DNA of 64,000 nt, taken from positions 192,001 to 256,000 of the forward strand of contig CAVXVG010000027.1 in the NCBI GenBank assembly GCA_963765145.1, given 5' to 3'. The notes below the pieces were generated by a model, which was not told where the DNA came from, searched no databases, and saw nothing but the letters and a program-made list of their open reading frames with translations. Each line of letters starts with the position of its first letter. Position 1 is the first letter of the stretch. The position numbers were made by a program, and so were the translations under genes. This DNA is from Parachlamydiales bacterium (lineage in GTDB: Bacteria > Chlamydiota > Chlamydiia > Chlamydiales > JAJFMK01). Below, in pieces: positions 21,937 to 33,900 of this stretch.

Positions 21937-23591
21937 CAGTCTTTCATCGATAGGAGGAACTCGATGTTGTTATTAGTCTTTTTAAGACGGCTAACAAGCA
22001 AGTTCATCGCATCGAGAGGGGACAAGTCAGCAAGTGCCTGACGAACGAGATAAATTTTTTCCAACTCGTTCGGGTGGTAAAGCAACTCTTCTTTCCTTGT
22101 TCCGCTTTTGATCAAGTCGATAGCAGGGTAGACCCTTCTATCGGCTAAGCGACGATCTAAGAACAGTTCCATGTTGCCTGTCCCTTTGAACTCTTCAAAG
22201 ATAACCTCGTCCATTCTGGAGCCTGTTTCGATCAGGGCGGTAGCAATGATGGTTAAAGAACCCCCTTGCTCTACGTTTCTGGCAGATCCAAAGAAACGCT
22301 TAGGTTTGTGCAAGGCATTGGCATCGACACCACCACTCAAAATCTTCCCGGAATGGGGTTGAACGGTGTTGTAAGCCCTGGCCAAACGGGTCAAGTTGTC
22401 GAGAAGGATGACAACATCATGCTTGTACTCAACAAGACGGCGAGCCTTTTCAATGGCCATTTCGGCTACTTGGACGTGACGCTCAGGCGGTTCATCAAAA
22501 GTGGAGGAGATCACCTCGCCTTTGACGATCCGGTGCATGTCGGTCACCTCTTCAGGACGCTCGTCGATCAGCAGCACGATCAAAACGACTTCAGGGTTGT
22601 TTTGAGCAATAGAGTTGGCAATGTTTTGCAAAATAATGGTTTTACCGGAGCGTGGCGGCGCTACGATCAACCCCCTTTGACCTTTCCCAATAGGGGCGGC
22701 CAAATCTAACACCCTCATAGAGAGAACGTCTTTTGTCGTCTCCATCACAATCCGTTCGTCAGGATATAGAGGCGTTAAGTTTTCAAAACTGACCCTTTCT
22801 TTAGCCTTTTCCGGCGGCAGACCATTCATTTTGTCTACTTTCAGAAGGGCAAAATACTTTTCCTTTTCCTTAGGAGAGCGGATGGTTCCGGAAACGCTAT
22901 CCCCCCTTTTTAAGTCGAAACGGCGGATCTGCGCAGGAGATATGTAGATATCTTCAGGAGAAGAGAGATAGTTGTAGTTGGGAGAACGGAGGAAGCCAAA
23001 GCCGTCTGGCAAAACTTCTAAGACACCTTCGCCGTAAAGCACCTCTTCAGGGTCTTCGGCCAAAAACCGCACAATGTCGAAAACCATTTGAGATTTCGAT
23101 AAAGAGCCTAAATGTTTGAGGTCTAAAGTTTTTGCATAATCATTTAGCTGCTCGATCGACATCCTTTGGATATCGGCGATATTGATCATACGAGCGGGAG
23201 CGGAGAAAGGGGTCGTATCGGCTTCGTCAAGTTCAGCTTCTTGCGGCTGGTTCCGTTGCTGTTGATGGTAGCGCTGTTGCTGCTGCTGCTGCTGCCGTCT
23301 TTCTTTGTTGTAACCTTGGCTTTGGTTGCTTTGGCTATTTTGATTTTGGTTTTGGTTCCGATTCTTTTGTCGATAGGCTCCAGATCGATCAGATCTGTCC
23401 TGTCGCTCTTGATGCCGCTCGGGCCTGTCCTGTCGTTCTTGAGTTTTTTCTTGGCTTCGCTCTTGAGACCGCTCTTGATTTCGCTCCGGAGGTTGCGCTT
23501 GTTTTTGTTCGACAGATTCGGCCCGTTCAGTGCCTTCTTGGATAGGTGCAGGTTTCACAGGTTCAGACTCTTGAGAAGATTCATTATTCAT
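21936..23591 (-). CDS. rho: Transcription termination factor Rho with Q/N/R-rich N-terminal extension
   Basis: [45 protein letters not shown] motifs. Confidence 0.98.
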   Translation of the reverse strand: MNNESSQESEPVKPAPIQEGTERAESVEQKQAQPPERNQERSQERSQEKTQERQDRPERHQERQDRSDRSGAYRQKNRNQNQNQNSQSNQSQGYNKERRQQQQQQQRYHQQQRNQPQEAELDEADTTPFSAPARMINIADIQRMSIEQLNDYAKTLDLKHLGSLSKSQMVFDIVRFLAEDPEEVLYGEGVLEVLPDGFGFLRSPNYNYLSSPEDIYISPAQIRRFDLKRGDSVSGTIRSPKEKEKYFALLKVDKMNGLPPEKAKERVSFENLTPLYPDERIVMETTKDVLSMRVLDLAAPIGKGQRGLIVAPPRSGKTIILQNIANSIAQNNPEVVLIVLLIDERPEEVTDMHRIVKGEVISSTFDEPPERHVQVAEMAIEKARRLVEYKHDVVILLDNLTRLARAYNTVQPHSGKILSGGVDANALHKPKRFFGSARNVEQGGSLTIIATALIETGSRMDEVIFEEFKGTGNMELFLDRRLADRRVYPAIDLIKSGTRKEELLYHPNELEKIYLVRQALADLSPLDAMNLLVSRLKKTNNNIEFLLSMKD

Positions 23592-23595
23592 GTTT

Positions 23596-24159
23596 TTAAT
23601 GTTCCAATAAGATCTTGAAAAGAAGGGAGGCTTCTTTTTTTAGATCATCAAGGGACCCCCTGTTCAAAAGAACAATGGAGCTCCGGTTTGCTTTTTCTTT
23701 GGAGGAGAGTTGCCGTGCTACTCTTTCCTCAAAATGGGTGATGTCGCGAGCAGAACTTGACCGGATCACAGTCACCGTTTGGTCAAAGGTTTTATCTGCG
23801 CCCGCTTCAAACAGAAGGGGGATTTCTGCGACAAAAATATTACAGTCCTTCGTCTCTGAAAAACAGCGGTCGATCTCATTGAAAACCTTGGGATGTAAAA
23901 GGGCTTCTAGCGCCTCTAATTTTTCCCGATTTCCAAAAACTTTTTCCGCTATTTTCTCCCTCGAAGGTTTTCCTCCGACGAAAACATCAGCACCCAGTAA
24001 TCGTTCAAGCTTTTGGTGAATGTCTTGGTCATGGAGAAGAAGATGGTGAACTATTTGATCGGCACTTACTGTTACTGCACCGAGAGCATCAAGAAATTGG
24101 CAAAGAGCGCTTTTACCAGAGGCAACAAGCCCAGTAACTGCAACTTTTGTTACTTTCAT
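23596..24159 (-). CDS. coaE: Dephospho-CoA kinase
   Basis: [13 protein letters not shown]-loop, ADQIVH, LLHPKV, EIPLLFE; located between polA and rho. Confidence 0.93.
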   Translation of the reverse strand: MKVTKVAVTGLVASGKSALCQFLDALGAVTVSADQIVHHLLLHDQDIHQKLERLLGADVFVGGKPSREKIAEKVFGNREKLEALEALLHPKVFNEIDRCFSETKDCNIFVAEIPLLFEAGADKTFDQTVTVIRSSSARDITHFEERVARQLSSKEKANRSSIVLLNRGSLDDLKKEASLLFKILLEH

Positions 24160-24160
24160 A

Positions 24161-26804
24161 CTAGCATTCTTTCCAATTTTTGCCAACGTTGACTTCTACG
24201 GTTAAAGGAACAGAGAGAGAAAAGGCCCCTTCCATCTCTTCTTTTAAAAGGGCAGTCATTACTTCAAGTTCGGTATCTGGTACTTCAAACACAAGTTCAT
24301 CGTGGATTTGAAGCAGCATCATCGAGTGCAGCCCCTCTTTTTTCAGCCTTTTATCAATGGCAATCATCGCAATCTTGATCAGGTCAGCTTGGCTGCCTTG
24401 CAGAGGAGTATTGACCGCCAGCCTCTCAGCCGCCTGCCGAATTTGAGCATTGGGGTTGTGGATGTCGGTGATCTTCCGCTCTCTTCCCACCATCGTTCGA
24501 GCATAGCCGGTTCTTCTGGCCTCTTCTTTCGACCTTTCAAGATAATCTTTTACTTTGCTGTACCGTTCGAAGTAAAGCTGAATAAATTTATCGGCCTCTT
24601 TAACGCTGATGTTTAGCTCTCGAGATAGTCCAAACGCTTGCTGCCCATAGATAATGCCAAAATTGACCGCTTTGGCCCTGCTTCTCATCTCAGGCGTCAC
24701 CTCTTCAGGAAAAATATTCATCAAAGCGGCAGCTGTCCGGCGGTGGATGTCTCCCCCTTCTCGAAAGGCTTGTAAAAGGAGCGGATCTTGAGAGAAATGG
24801 GCTAGCAACCGCAGTTCAATCTGCGAGTAGTCGGCCGAGACAAACGACCATCCCTCCTTTTTGGGGCGGAAAAGCTGACCGGATCTCTTTTCCTAACGGA
24901 TTTCTAATCGGAATATTTTGCAGATTGGGATCTTGGCACGAAAGGCGTCCTGTTGCCGCGACCGATTGGTTAAAGGTGCAGTGGATCCTTCCTGTTTTTG
25001 GGTGGATGGCCAGCGGAAGCGTGTCGATGTAGGTCGAACGGAGTTTTTCAAGCGTACGGTATTCCAAGATCAAAGGGATCATTGGGTGCTTATCTTCTAG
25101 AAGCTCGAGCACCTCGGCATTGGTCGAAAAGCCTGTCTTGGTCTTTTTTGGAGGAGAAATTTGCAATTTTTCAAAAAGAATTTCTGAAAGCTGTTTAGGA
25201 GAATTCAGGTTAAAGGGTTCTCCTGCCAGATGAAAAATGGTCTCTTCTAACGACTTTGAGGCACTTTTTACCTTTTCCCCAAGTTCAGATAATACCGCTG
25301 TGTCTACGTAGATCCCCGTTTCTTCCATTTCTGCTAAAACAGGAATTAAGGGCAATTCTACTGTTTGATAAAGGGAGGTCAAATGGCGCGTTTCAAGTTC
25401 TTTTGAGAAAAGATCTTGCAGTTTGAGGGTCACCTCAACATCTTCAGCGCAATAGTCGGCAACCTTTTCAATCGCAACTTCTGCCATCGTGATGGAGCCG
25501 GCCCCTTTTCCAATCAACGAATGGATGGGGATTTTAGCCAGATCCAGGTGCTTAAGCGCAAGGGCATCCAAGTTGTGTTGCCGTTCATCGGCCTGAATGA
25601 CATAGGAGGCTACCATCGTGTCAAAAAAAGGCATTTTGGTTTGAATGCCAAGCCCTTTTAAGATGTGGATGTCATACTTGATGTTGTGCCCCACTAAAGA
25701 TTTGCTTTCTAAAAGGGGCTTTAAAAGAGAAACAACCCTCTCCTTGGGCAAAGCTCCATTGAGGGGGACATACCAGATATGGTTTTCGTCTACTCCAAGG
25801 CCAATGCCAACTGCTTCTGCCAAAAAAGGGTGTTCTGAAGTGGTTTCGGTATCGACAGTAAAAGATTCGTAAGACGAGAGCTGTTCGATCACATTGCGTA
25901 GCTCGTCTTCTGTTTGGATGATTGTTGCCGTTTTGGGTGCAGCAGCAGGTTGTGTGGGTTCAAGATCGGCAAGAAGAGTCCGAAAAGCATGGGTGGTATA
26001 AAGCTCTTTTAACCCTCGGGGATCGTGCGGGCCAATTTCGTAAAAAGAGAGCTCTTTAGGAATGTCCAAATCGCTTTGCAACTCGATCAGTTTTCTGCTC
26101 AACCTAAGTTGATCGAGATTGTTTCGAATGGCTTCTCCTCTTTTCCCTTTGATGTTGTCAAGGTTGGCAACAATGCCATCGATCGAACCATATAGGCCGA
26201 TCAGCTCTTGAGCCCCTTTTGGCCCAATTCCCGGCACTCCGGGGACATTGTCACTGGCGTCGCCCAAGATGGCTAGATAATCGCCGATTTTTTCTGCAGC
26301 CAGTCCATAGGTATCGACAATCCCTTGCGGGTCTAAAATCAGGTTTTCTTTAAAGACATTCAAAATCGAAATCGAAGGAGATACCAGCTGAGCCATATCC
26401 TTGTCGCTTGTGCAAAGGTAGGTTTCGATCCCTTGTTCTTTTGCCCACAAAGCTATGGCGGCCATTGTGTCGTCTGCTTCGACCCCTTCTAGTGTAAGCG
26501 TTGACAGACCTTTGAGGCGGCAAAAGTCTCGCGTCCAATCAAATTGGGGTAGAAGGTCGCTGGGTGTTTCTCCCCGATTTTCTTTATAGGCCGGATAAAG
26601 AGCTTTTCTGCTTCTGTCATTATGAGGACCATCAAAAACGATGACGAGATGTTGAGGAGAAAAATCTTTGATCAGCTTATTGACAGAGCGGATAAACCCA
26701 AACAGGGCATTGGTCGAAGCGCCTTGGGGGTTTGTCATCCGCCCTATCGCATGATAGGAGCGGAAAATAAACCCCATGGCGTCTACAACAAAAAGCTTAC
26801 TCAC
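24161..26804 (-). CDS. polA: DNA polymerase I, split by one frameshift near 24850-24875
   Basis: 5'-3' exonuclease, 3'-5' exonuclease and polymerase motifs (TGRLS..DPNLQNIP, ADYSQIELR after the shift, LQIHDEL); GTG start overlaps the sppA stop. Confidence 0.95.
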
Positions 26805-27841
26805 GGAGTCCACAACCATAAGGTTTGGCGGCTTAACCGTGACGAAGGAGGAATGATTCCAAACGATTCTAAGAAAAGATCGGTGATCGATTTGCTTTCG
26901 GTGTTAAACAGTTCTTTGACCCAGTTTTTCTTTTCCAAACTGACCACATAGACTTTTTCCGGATCAAGTCCTGCCTTCTCGGCCAACGCCCGGAGGGCTG
27001 AGTGTTTATCTTTTCCGACTACGTCAAGGTAGCCAAGATCTAAAGCTTGATGAGCAGCGTAAACTTGCGCGCCGTAGTCGTTGATCAGTTTTTCTTTCAA
27101 TAAGCGTGGTCGTGCTGTCGTCACAATGTTGACAAAGTCTTCGTAATGGGCATCGACAATGGGTTGTAGAGACTCTTTATCAGCTTTTCCCCAAGGGCGG
27201 TAAGGGTTCAAGATGTCTTTATCTTTCCCTGCTGTGTAGGTGATCGATTCAAGCCCTAAAGTTTCCATCGGTTTTGCGACGTTAAACTGGGTCGGGATAA
27301 GTGTGCCGATACTGCCAATGATGCTGGGTTGAGTGGCCCAGATTTCATCTGCTGCCGCTGCAATATAAAAGCCACCGCTTGCTGCCATTCCATCTACAAA
27401 GGCAATCACAGGGATTTTCATCTCCTCTTTGTAGCGCATAATCGCTCTGTAGATGCCATCAGAGTCAACAGATCCACCGCCGGGAGAGTTAATGTGAAGC
27501 AGAAGGGCTTTGACCCTTTTGTCCTTCAAGTCCCCTTCTTTAGACTCTTGCAAAAGCTCTGCGATGCTTTCACGATCCAGGTTCTTCTCTCCAATGACTC
27601 CGTTGATCACCAGCTCTAAAATGACAGGGCTTGATTCGTCCAGCACACTCCGTTTTCCCTGTAGGTTGGGCAATACTTTGAGTTTAGCTGTCTTGTTAAT
27701 CTCTTCATCGCCTTTGGTGTCAAAAGTGAGAAGAAGCAGCACTAGAAACAGGCCAATGACAATGCCTATGACTCCCATAAAAGTTTTTACGAAAGAGCGT
27801 AGGGCAACAGAAAAAATAGAAAGAGGGCGGTTTTCAGACAT
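26801..27841 (-). CDS. sppA: S49 family peptidase (SppA/SohB)
   Basis: INSPGG, AASGGFYIA, IIGSIG motifs; N-terminal TM. Confidence 0.9.
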   Translation of the reverse strand: MSENRPLSIFSVALRSFVKTFMGVIGIVIGLFLVLLLLTFDTKGDEEINKTAKLKVLPNLQGKRSVLDESSPVILELVINGVIGEKNLDRESIAELLQESKEGDLKDKRVKALLLHINSPGGGSVDSDGIYRAIMRYKEEMKIPVIAFVDGMAASGGFYIAAAADEIWATQPSIIGSIGTLIPTQFNVAKPMETLGLESITYTAGKDKDILNPYRPWGKADKESLQPIVDAHYEDFVNIVTTARPRLLKEKLINDYGAQVYAAHQALDLGYLDVVGKDKHSALRALAEKAGLDPEKVYVVSLEKKNWVKELFNTESKSITDLFLESFGIIPPSSRLSRQTLWLWTP

Positions 27842-27930
27842 AATCAGCCATTATACGACCTTGTTACATAATTAACCACTCCAGGCAGCGAGATTATAAG
27901 AGAAAGATTGTGACAGAGAATCGGTCTACA

Positions 27931-28043
27931 TAATGTAGCTTAGACTTTAGTCTGAGCTCGTTTTGCTGGACTTTAGTCCTGCTGAAATCTTGCGGGTTAA
28001 AACCCACAAAAACGAACTCAGGCTTAAAGCCTAAGCTACATTA
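27931..28043. repeat. Family C REP-like palindrome, intact
   Basis: TAATGTAGCTTAGACTTTAGTCTGAG ... CTCAGGCTTAAAGCCTAAGCTACATTA with inner GGGTTAAAACCC hairpin. Confidence 0.9.
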
Positions 28044-28146
28044 ATTTTGCAAGAAATAAGATGGAGGTCAAATTTCGATAAATTTCTTTATAAGAAATTT
28101 ATCATTCCTACATTTTTCCGTTCCATTCTCAAGGCAGAGGTGAAAA

Positions 28147-30792
28147 ATGGCTTCTATTCATGAATCTGGAGGGCAACGCCCTATCTTTCAGGGAACACCT
28201 GATCAGGCGTTAAAGGAAATGCACGGACTATTGGATGTCGGCTATGGCAAATTGGCCCATTCCAAGGTGTTGGGGTCGGAAAGTAGCATTGCCTCTGCAA
28301 GGGCATGTCTTACAAAAGTGGGCATGCTTCTTGAGCAAACAAAGGGGCTGTCAGAGCAGGACCGGCAAAAGGTTGTGCAGAAAAAAACTGATCTTGAAAC
28401 AAAAATATTTAGTTTAGACAACGACACGACCAAACGGGGGGCTGTCGGCAAATTATGGAGTAAAGTCTTTGGATCGTTTTTCCATTCGGAAAAAGCTCAA
28501 TTAGGAAAGCTTTCCTCAGAAGAGCTTGCCGTTCTTTATCATTCTGGCAATGCACAAACAGCAGGAAAACAAGGCGCCATTAAAGATGCCTTCCTTGCAA
28601 AAGGCGATAAGCTGGTCTCTGATTTTAAAAAAATGACAACAGAGAATGACCCAGCAAAACTGCGTCAATATATCAAATCAGGCATGCACCAAGAGCTGCT
28701 TGATTACCATTTTGCTGCCTTGGCAATTGACGATCCTGAAAACAAACAAAGCCATATTGATGCGATTGCGACTTTGATGGTCAAAGCCAAAATGGTCAAT
28801 ATAGATTTTATGGACCCGCGAACAAAAGGGAATCCAGAGATCAACAAAGCCATATTCGCAAAGGCAGAAGAGATATTAGACCGCAAGAATGATGATACCC
28901 CTCTTCATCTTAAAGATGTCCTTCTGAATAAGTTGGGCGATTTGTTGCCCCTTGGTCAAGTAAGGGAGCTAAAAGAAGGGCACAAAATTGATCCAGCAGA
29001 GCCGGATACGCAAAAGCAGTTCTTAAAAGAAGTGGGTCTGGAAGGTAGTAAAAAACCAATTCGCGATCTTGCCAAAATGGCATCCAAGGAAATGAAGAGT
29101 CGAACTCCCGAAGGGTTCGAAAAAGCCCGTCTTGCTTTGCTAATAGGGCACGAAATGGTAGAAGCGCACATGCCCCATGGCAAAGATTGGGACAAAGCTG
29201 CAAGTACCTATGTTAAATCGTACATGTCAGGTGCAGTACATCTGATGAGTTTTAATGCTGACAAGGCTGCTTTGGCAACAATAGATACTGCTTTAGAAAT
29301 CTATGAGTTACGAACCACTCAAGATAAAGCTACACATGCATTGGGAGATAAGATGAAGGTCGTTTTAGAGGATCCGAAGATTAAAAATGCGTTCACGGCT
29401 CGCAGAACCCTCAATGATGCAACTTCGTTAATGGAACAATGTGAGCGTGCGGCAGATGAAGCTCAATTATTCGGATCTTTAGAGGGAGGCTTAGCTGAAG
29501 AAGACACCCCACTTGGTGGAGCTAAGCAAGCTCTTAAGGAATTAAAAGCCATGAAGAGCAAGATCGATGACTTGAGTCGTCGACACGACACTGCTGCATT
29601 ACCCGTACAAGAGACGTATGCTGCTGCCATTGCTAGGGCAGAATTCGCTGTGACACGAGCAGAGTTAAGTTTTGGAAAGACACCTACAAACCTTGCTCCT
29701 CCTCCTCCCCTAACTCCCTCTCAAGTAGACGCCGATCTTTTCACCTCTATTTCTTCTGCCATTCCCCTTCCTCCAACCTCTCCCGTCCTGACAGAATCGA
29801 TGGTTTCTTTTGCTTCAACATCGACATTATCGACGCAAACGGCTGCATCCACAGCCTCTCCAATAACTGAATCGCCATTTGCAAGACTTGATGCTGTGGT
29901 AAAACAAAGAGAATACTCGGCGCTCTTGGGAGGAAAGTCTGTGGATTCTCCTCTCAGGCCATTAGGTGAGCTATATATGCTAAAGCATTCTGCTACAACG
30001 CTACCAGGTAAAGAGGGTGAATTGAAGCTGGTCGAAGCAGCCATTCAGAAAAGGTTAAATGCAGCCAATGAGCTTAATTTAAAATTGGTAAAAATGAAAA
30101 AAGGGACGGAGATTAGAAAGGCGTTGGATGCTTCTCCTAGTGCCTTCAAGGATCTTTTAGAGCATGCTCTCATTCTGGCAGAAGAAGGGGCAGGTAAAGA
30201 TGAAAATCAACACTATTTAGTTGCCATATATGTAAAGGCAACGCTTGCAGGCGTTAAGATAGATGCCCCAACTAGTTTCCGAATTGAAAGCTTGAAATGG
30301 GAAGAAAAGGGACATAAATCCCTATTTTTGATGCAACTAGAAGCATCTCCTTTGGGAAAAAAACAACCAGTGATTCAAGCATTAGCTCAAACTATACCTA
30401 ATTGGGGCAGTCCTGAGAGGCAGAAAATGAGAGCAATCGTTTCTGAAGTCGCAAACGGAGACATTCGCCTGCTTAAATCTTATGCTAACAGAAGTTCTGT
30501 TCAAGAGCAGAGAAACCGATTCAAATCGTTGTTTCAAGGCCACGTCAAACTTGCTCTGCTTGAAGGGCATCCATTAAAAGAGCAGAGCTTGGATTTTCTT
30601 GCCGACATGCTCATCTTTAGGGCCCGTTCAGGCGTAGATTTCCATCTTGACCAAAGGGACATCCAACTTTTGAATAAAAACCCAGAGGCCAAAGCAGCTA
30701 TACTGCAGAGAGTTGGGGCGCAATTAGAAAGGCTTCCCACTACAGAAGGGCAAGCTGATTTATATAATAAAATCGAGAATACCCTAGCGTAA
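28147..30792 (+). CDS. Large hypothetical helical protein with Pro/Ser/Thr-rich linker, candidate effector
   Basis: 881-aa ORF; GAGGTG RBS; APPPPLTP and PLPPTSP segments. Confidence 0.8.
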   Translation: MASIHESGGQRPIFQGTPDQALKEMHGLLDVGYGKLAHSKVLGSESSIASARACLTKVGMLLEQTKGLSEQDRQKVVQKKTDLETKIFSLDNDTTKRGAVGKLWSKVFGSFFHSEKAQLGKLSSEELAVLYHSGNAQTAGKQGAIKDAFLAKGDKLVSDFKKMTTENDPAKLRQYIKSGMHQELLDYHFAALAIDDPENKQSHIDAIATLMVKAKMVNIDFMDPRTKGNPEINKAIFAKAEEILDRKNDDTPLHLKDVLLNKLGDLLPLGQVRELKEGHKIDPAEPDTQKQFLKEVGLEGSKKPIRDLAKMASKEMKSRTPEGFEKARLALLIGHEMVEAHMPHGKDWDKAASTYVKSYMSGAVHLMSFNADKAALATIDTALEIYELRTTQDKATHALGDKMKVVLEDPKIKNAFTARRTLNDATSLMEQCERAADEAQLFGSLEGGLAEEDTPLGGAKQALKELKAMKSKIDDLSRRHDTAALPVQETYAAAIARAEFAVTRAELSFGKTPTNLAPPPPLTPSQVDADLFTSISSAIPLPPTSPVLTESMVSFASTSTLSTQTAASTASPITESPFARLDAVVKQREYSALLGGKSVDSPLRPLGELYMLKHSATTLPGKEGELKLVEAAIQKRLNAANELNLKLVKMKKGTEIRKALDASPSAFKDLLEHALILAEEGAGKDENQHYLVAIYVKATLAGVKIDAPTSFRIESLKWEEKGHKSLFLMQLEASPLGKKQPVIQALAQTIPNWGSPERQKMRAIVSEVANGDIRLLKSYANRSSVQEQRNRFKSLFQGHVKLALLEGHPLKEQSLDFLADMLIFRARSGVDFHLDQRDIQLLNKNPEAKAAILQRVGAQLERLPTTEGQADLYNKIENTLA

Positions 30793-30849
30793 CATCTCCT
30801 CAATAAAACTGATTGGCTCTCTCCACTGTTTGAAAAAAGTTTTTTTCTT

Positions 30850-30879
30850 CGCAACGCGTTTGGAGCACTAAACTGCTGA
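30850..30879. repeat. Family B half-site remnant
   Basis: CGCAACGCGTTTGGAGCACTAAACTGCTG resembles one B arm. Confidence 0.65.
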
Positions 30880-30981
30880 AAAAGTGTATTGCCCTGTAAA
30901 TGAACAATTTATAAAACAAATTTCTTAATCTTTTGTTTATGTATGCCTAGTAGGCTTGGGGTATAAAAGTGAGGCTTTTTT

Positions 30982-33900
30982 ATGTCTGTCACCGGTGATT
31001 CCAAAGATTATGCGGCTATTTCACGCCAACTCGACACGGCACTTGATTATGTTGGCAAGGCCAAGGGAACTAAGGATCCAACACGGAAAGATCACCTCGG
31101 AGAAGCTGACAATATTTTACGCACAATAGGCGAAGAGCTTCTAAGCTCAAAAGAAGTTATTGAAGGCCACGGATCTATCTTAAAGGTTTTGGAGAAGTAC
31201 AATCACGTCCTGAAAAAGTATGACGAGGTAAAAGCTTATGCTGATAGCAATGAGGGAGTTGTTCGAGGTAAGCCTTTAGAAAAGGTGAAGTTGTTTTTCA
31301 ATAAAGTTCTTTATACGAAGCTTGGCGCAGAGACTGAAAAAGGACTTTTTGATGCTGCTTCAGACCTTTTAGATGGGAAAATAAAAGTCAAAGAAGGTGA
31401 AAGTAAGAAAACGGTGCATGTCAATCGAAAACAGGTTGAGGAAGACTACAAAGAACTATATGCTAATTTTTTGAAGACGGGAAAAGTCGATCAAGAAGCA
31501 CTTGATAAATGCAAAAAGGATTTAGCTCTTTTACACCAAGGGTTGGATGATTATGGCGTTTCCGGCAAAACTACTCCCGGTAAGCCAACAAGTTTTCAGC
31601 AGTTGACACCAGAAGAAACGGGTAAATATTGGCCAGGCGCAGGCGCTTTACGCAGAAAGTTGGTTCTAGAGCTTGCAAAAGTAACTTCTTTAGAGGCACG
31701 TCTTGTCGCTTTAGAGAACGCGAAGGCCCCAGAAGGCATACCTAAATTTGAAACGAACGCAGAGACAGTCAAAACATTACCTGCTAAGAGCATAGAAGTT
31801 ACTGTTAGAGAGTTAAGAACGGCTTTGGCTCAAGCCAAAGAATCAGGGGTATCTCGTGAACAGATTGGTCGAATGGAATTGGCCTTACATCAGTACACAG
31901 AAGCATTCAATGCGAAGTTAACCAAACTAGTTAAGTTAGATCAAAAATTTTCTGTCGGAGAGTCAATCGGAAAAGATTCCAAGCAGATCGATGAGGCGAT
32001 TGCTTTGGCGCAGGCCAAATTTTTTACCTTTAATGAACCTCATGATCCACAGGTAGGTGTCTATTTGGGTAAGCTGACTGCCTATTTAGTACTAAATGCT
32101 GATCAGAAAGGTAACGGAGAACGATTAGCAGAAATAAGGCAAAGGCTCGAAACAGATCTGCAGAGCCCTAGTGATGAAGCTATGAAAGACTTCGAAAAAG
32201 GGTTTCAATCGCTTCTTGAAGATAGAGCAAAGTTCTATCAATCGGGTTCCGAAGGACTAGAGCGGGTGATCAGCAAGTTGGTTGCAACTTATGACGATGC
32301 AACTACTAGCGAGAAAACGCTGATAGGAAATTTTTTAGATAATAAGGTAATGCTTCTTCCAGCAAACACCACTCCTGCGGTGGTGATGATGCGTTTCACT
32401 TCTGCTTTACAGGCTCCCTCTGACACAAAGCTTAGGGACAATACAACAGGCGTGTTGCTTAAGCTTGCCGTGCGGACTTCCTTTAAAGGAACAGATAAAA
32501 CGAGCACATTAGCGCTTCTTTCTTACCTCGGCAATCCAGAGTCAAAAGAGGTCGAAGCCTTCCACGAAGCGCTTGTCAAGAGGGCAGTCGAAGATCTACG
32601 AGGAGCTGACCAAGAGGGATTGCTTGTCTTCCGTCAAGCGCTTGCTAAAGTGCAATCAAATATTCCTGTCTTTATTACAGAAGAGACCGAAAATAAACTA
32701 AATGCTGCTCTAGGCTTGGGAGTAAAAGAACATTTGGCTGCAGCCTTTGCCAAAAAAGATCCCCAAAATGTAGAGAAAGCCTTAACTTTTGCGGCAAATT
32801 TTTCTAATGACTTTCTTGCGGTTAACGTTAAAGGTTTAGAGGCTCCTCCAGTATTGATCACTAAACTGAAAGGATTACTTGGAGCAGCTCCTGAGCCAAC
32901 CGATGTAAAACGGGCCCCCGGAAATTACGAAGCGCTGGAGAAGGAGTTACAACTAGCTCAAGCCCTGTTTCCAGATAATTCTGAAATTAAAGAATTGTCG
33001 GAAGGTTTAAAAGCTAAGCAAGAGGCGCTCGATAAGGAACTTGCTTCTCTTTTTTCTTGGAGCGGTGCACAAGATCTTTCTACAAGGCTGACACAGAAAA
33101 AAGCCGATGTCGCATCGATTCAAGGTGAAATGCAAAAAGCCATCGATGGAGCGTTGGTCAGAAAAGACTCTGGAGAGCTCCTTCGCATTGAAGCCGACCT
33201 AGAGAAAATGTCTACCATGAGCAGTCTTGCTCCTCATCAACAGGTAATAAAGGGGCTTTTAAACGCTTTGAAAGCGGCTGTCGAGAATGATAGGGATTTA
33301 TCTTTTAATCGGATCGAGCGCCTTGTAGGCACTGAATTGCCGAAGCCTTCTTCAGGCTCAGTAGATTCGGTTAGGAAAGGAGATGTCCGTGAATTTTTGA
33401 TTGTAGAAGAAGGGCAAAAGGGTTTGCCAGATAACTTTGTAGAAGTCAGAAATGAGATTGCAGAGTGTTTGCTTGGCTCCAGGCAAAAGCTTTCCCCAGA
33501 AGTTACTACCAAATTGATACAATACAGTGAAAGCTGCGGGAAAGAAGGCAAAGAAATAGCTCAAGCAAGAGCCATAAAAATCTTAAAAGAGTTTGGATCT
33601 ACCAAACCAGATGATAGGGGAGCAAGGCTCTCGTTGGGTAAATCGACTACAAGGCCATTCATCATTTCTGCAGAGGTTTGGGATCAAAAATATTCCGCCA
33701 CTGCTGTTGAAGGGCAAAGAGAGCGATTAAGTAAACTTATTCCTGGCGCAAACCTGCAGACTATAGAGGAGCAAGTAGAAGTAGCTCCATCTGCCGGTCT
33801 TCTTGCTGTAAAGCCTGCCTTTACGAAGGTAGTGGAGCCTCTTTTAGATGCAGCAAAAAAAGAAGGGAATGAGGTTCATATTCAAGTCCTCGAGGCAGTG

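Noticed and set aside
24840..24880. Programmed ribosomal frameshift in polA
   Set aside because: No canonical slippery heptamer with a stimulatory structure; an indel error is more parsimonious
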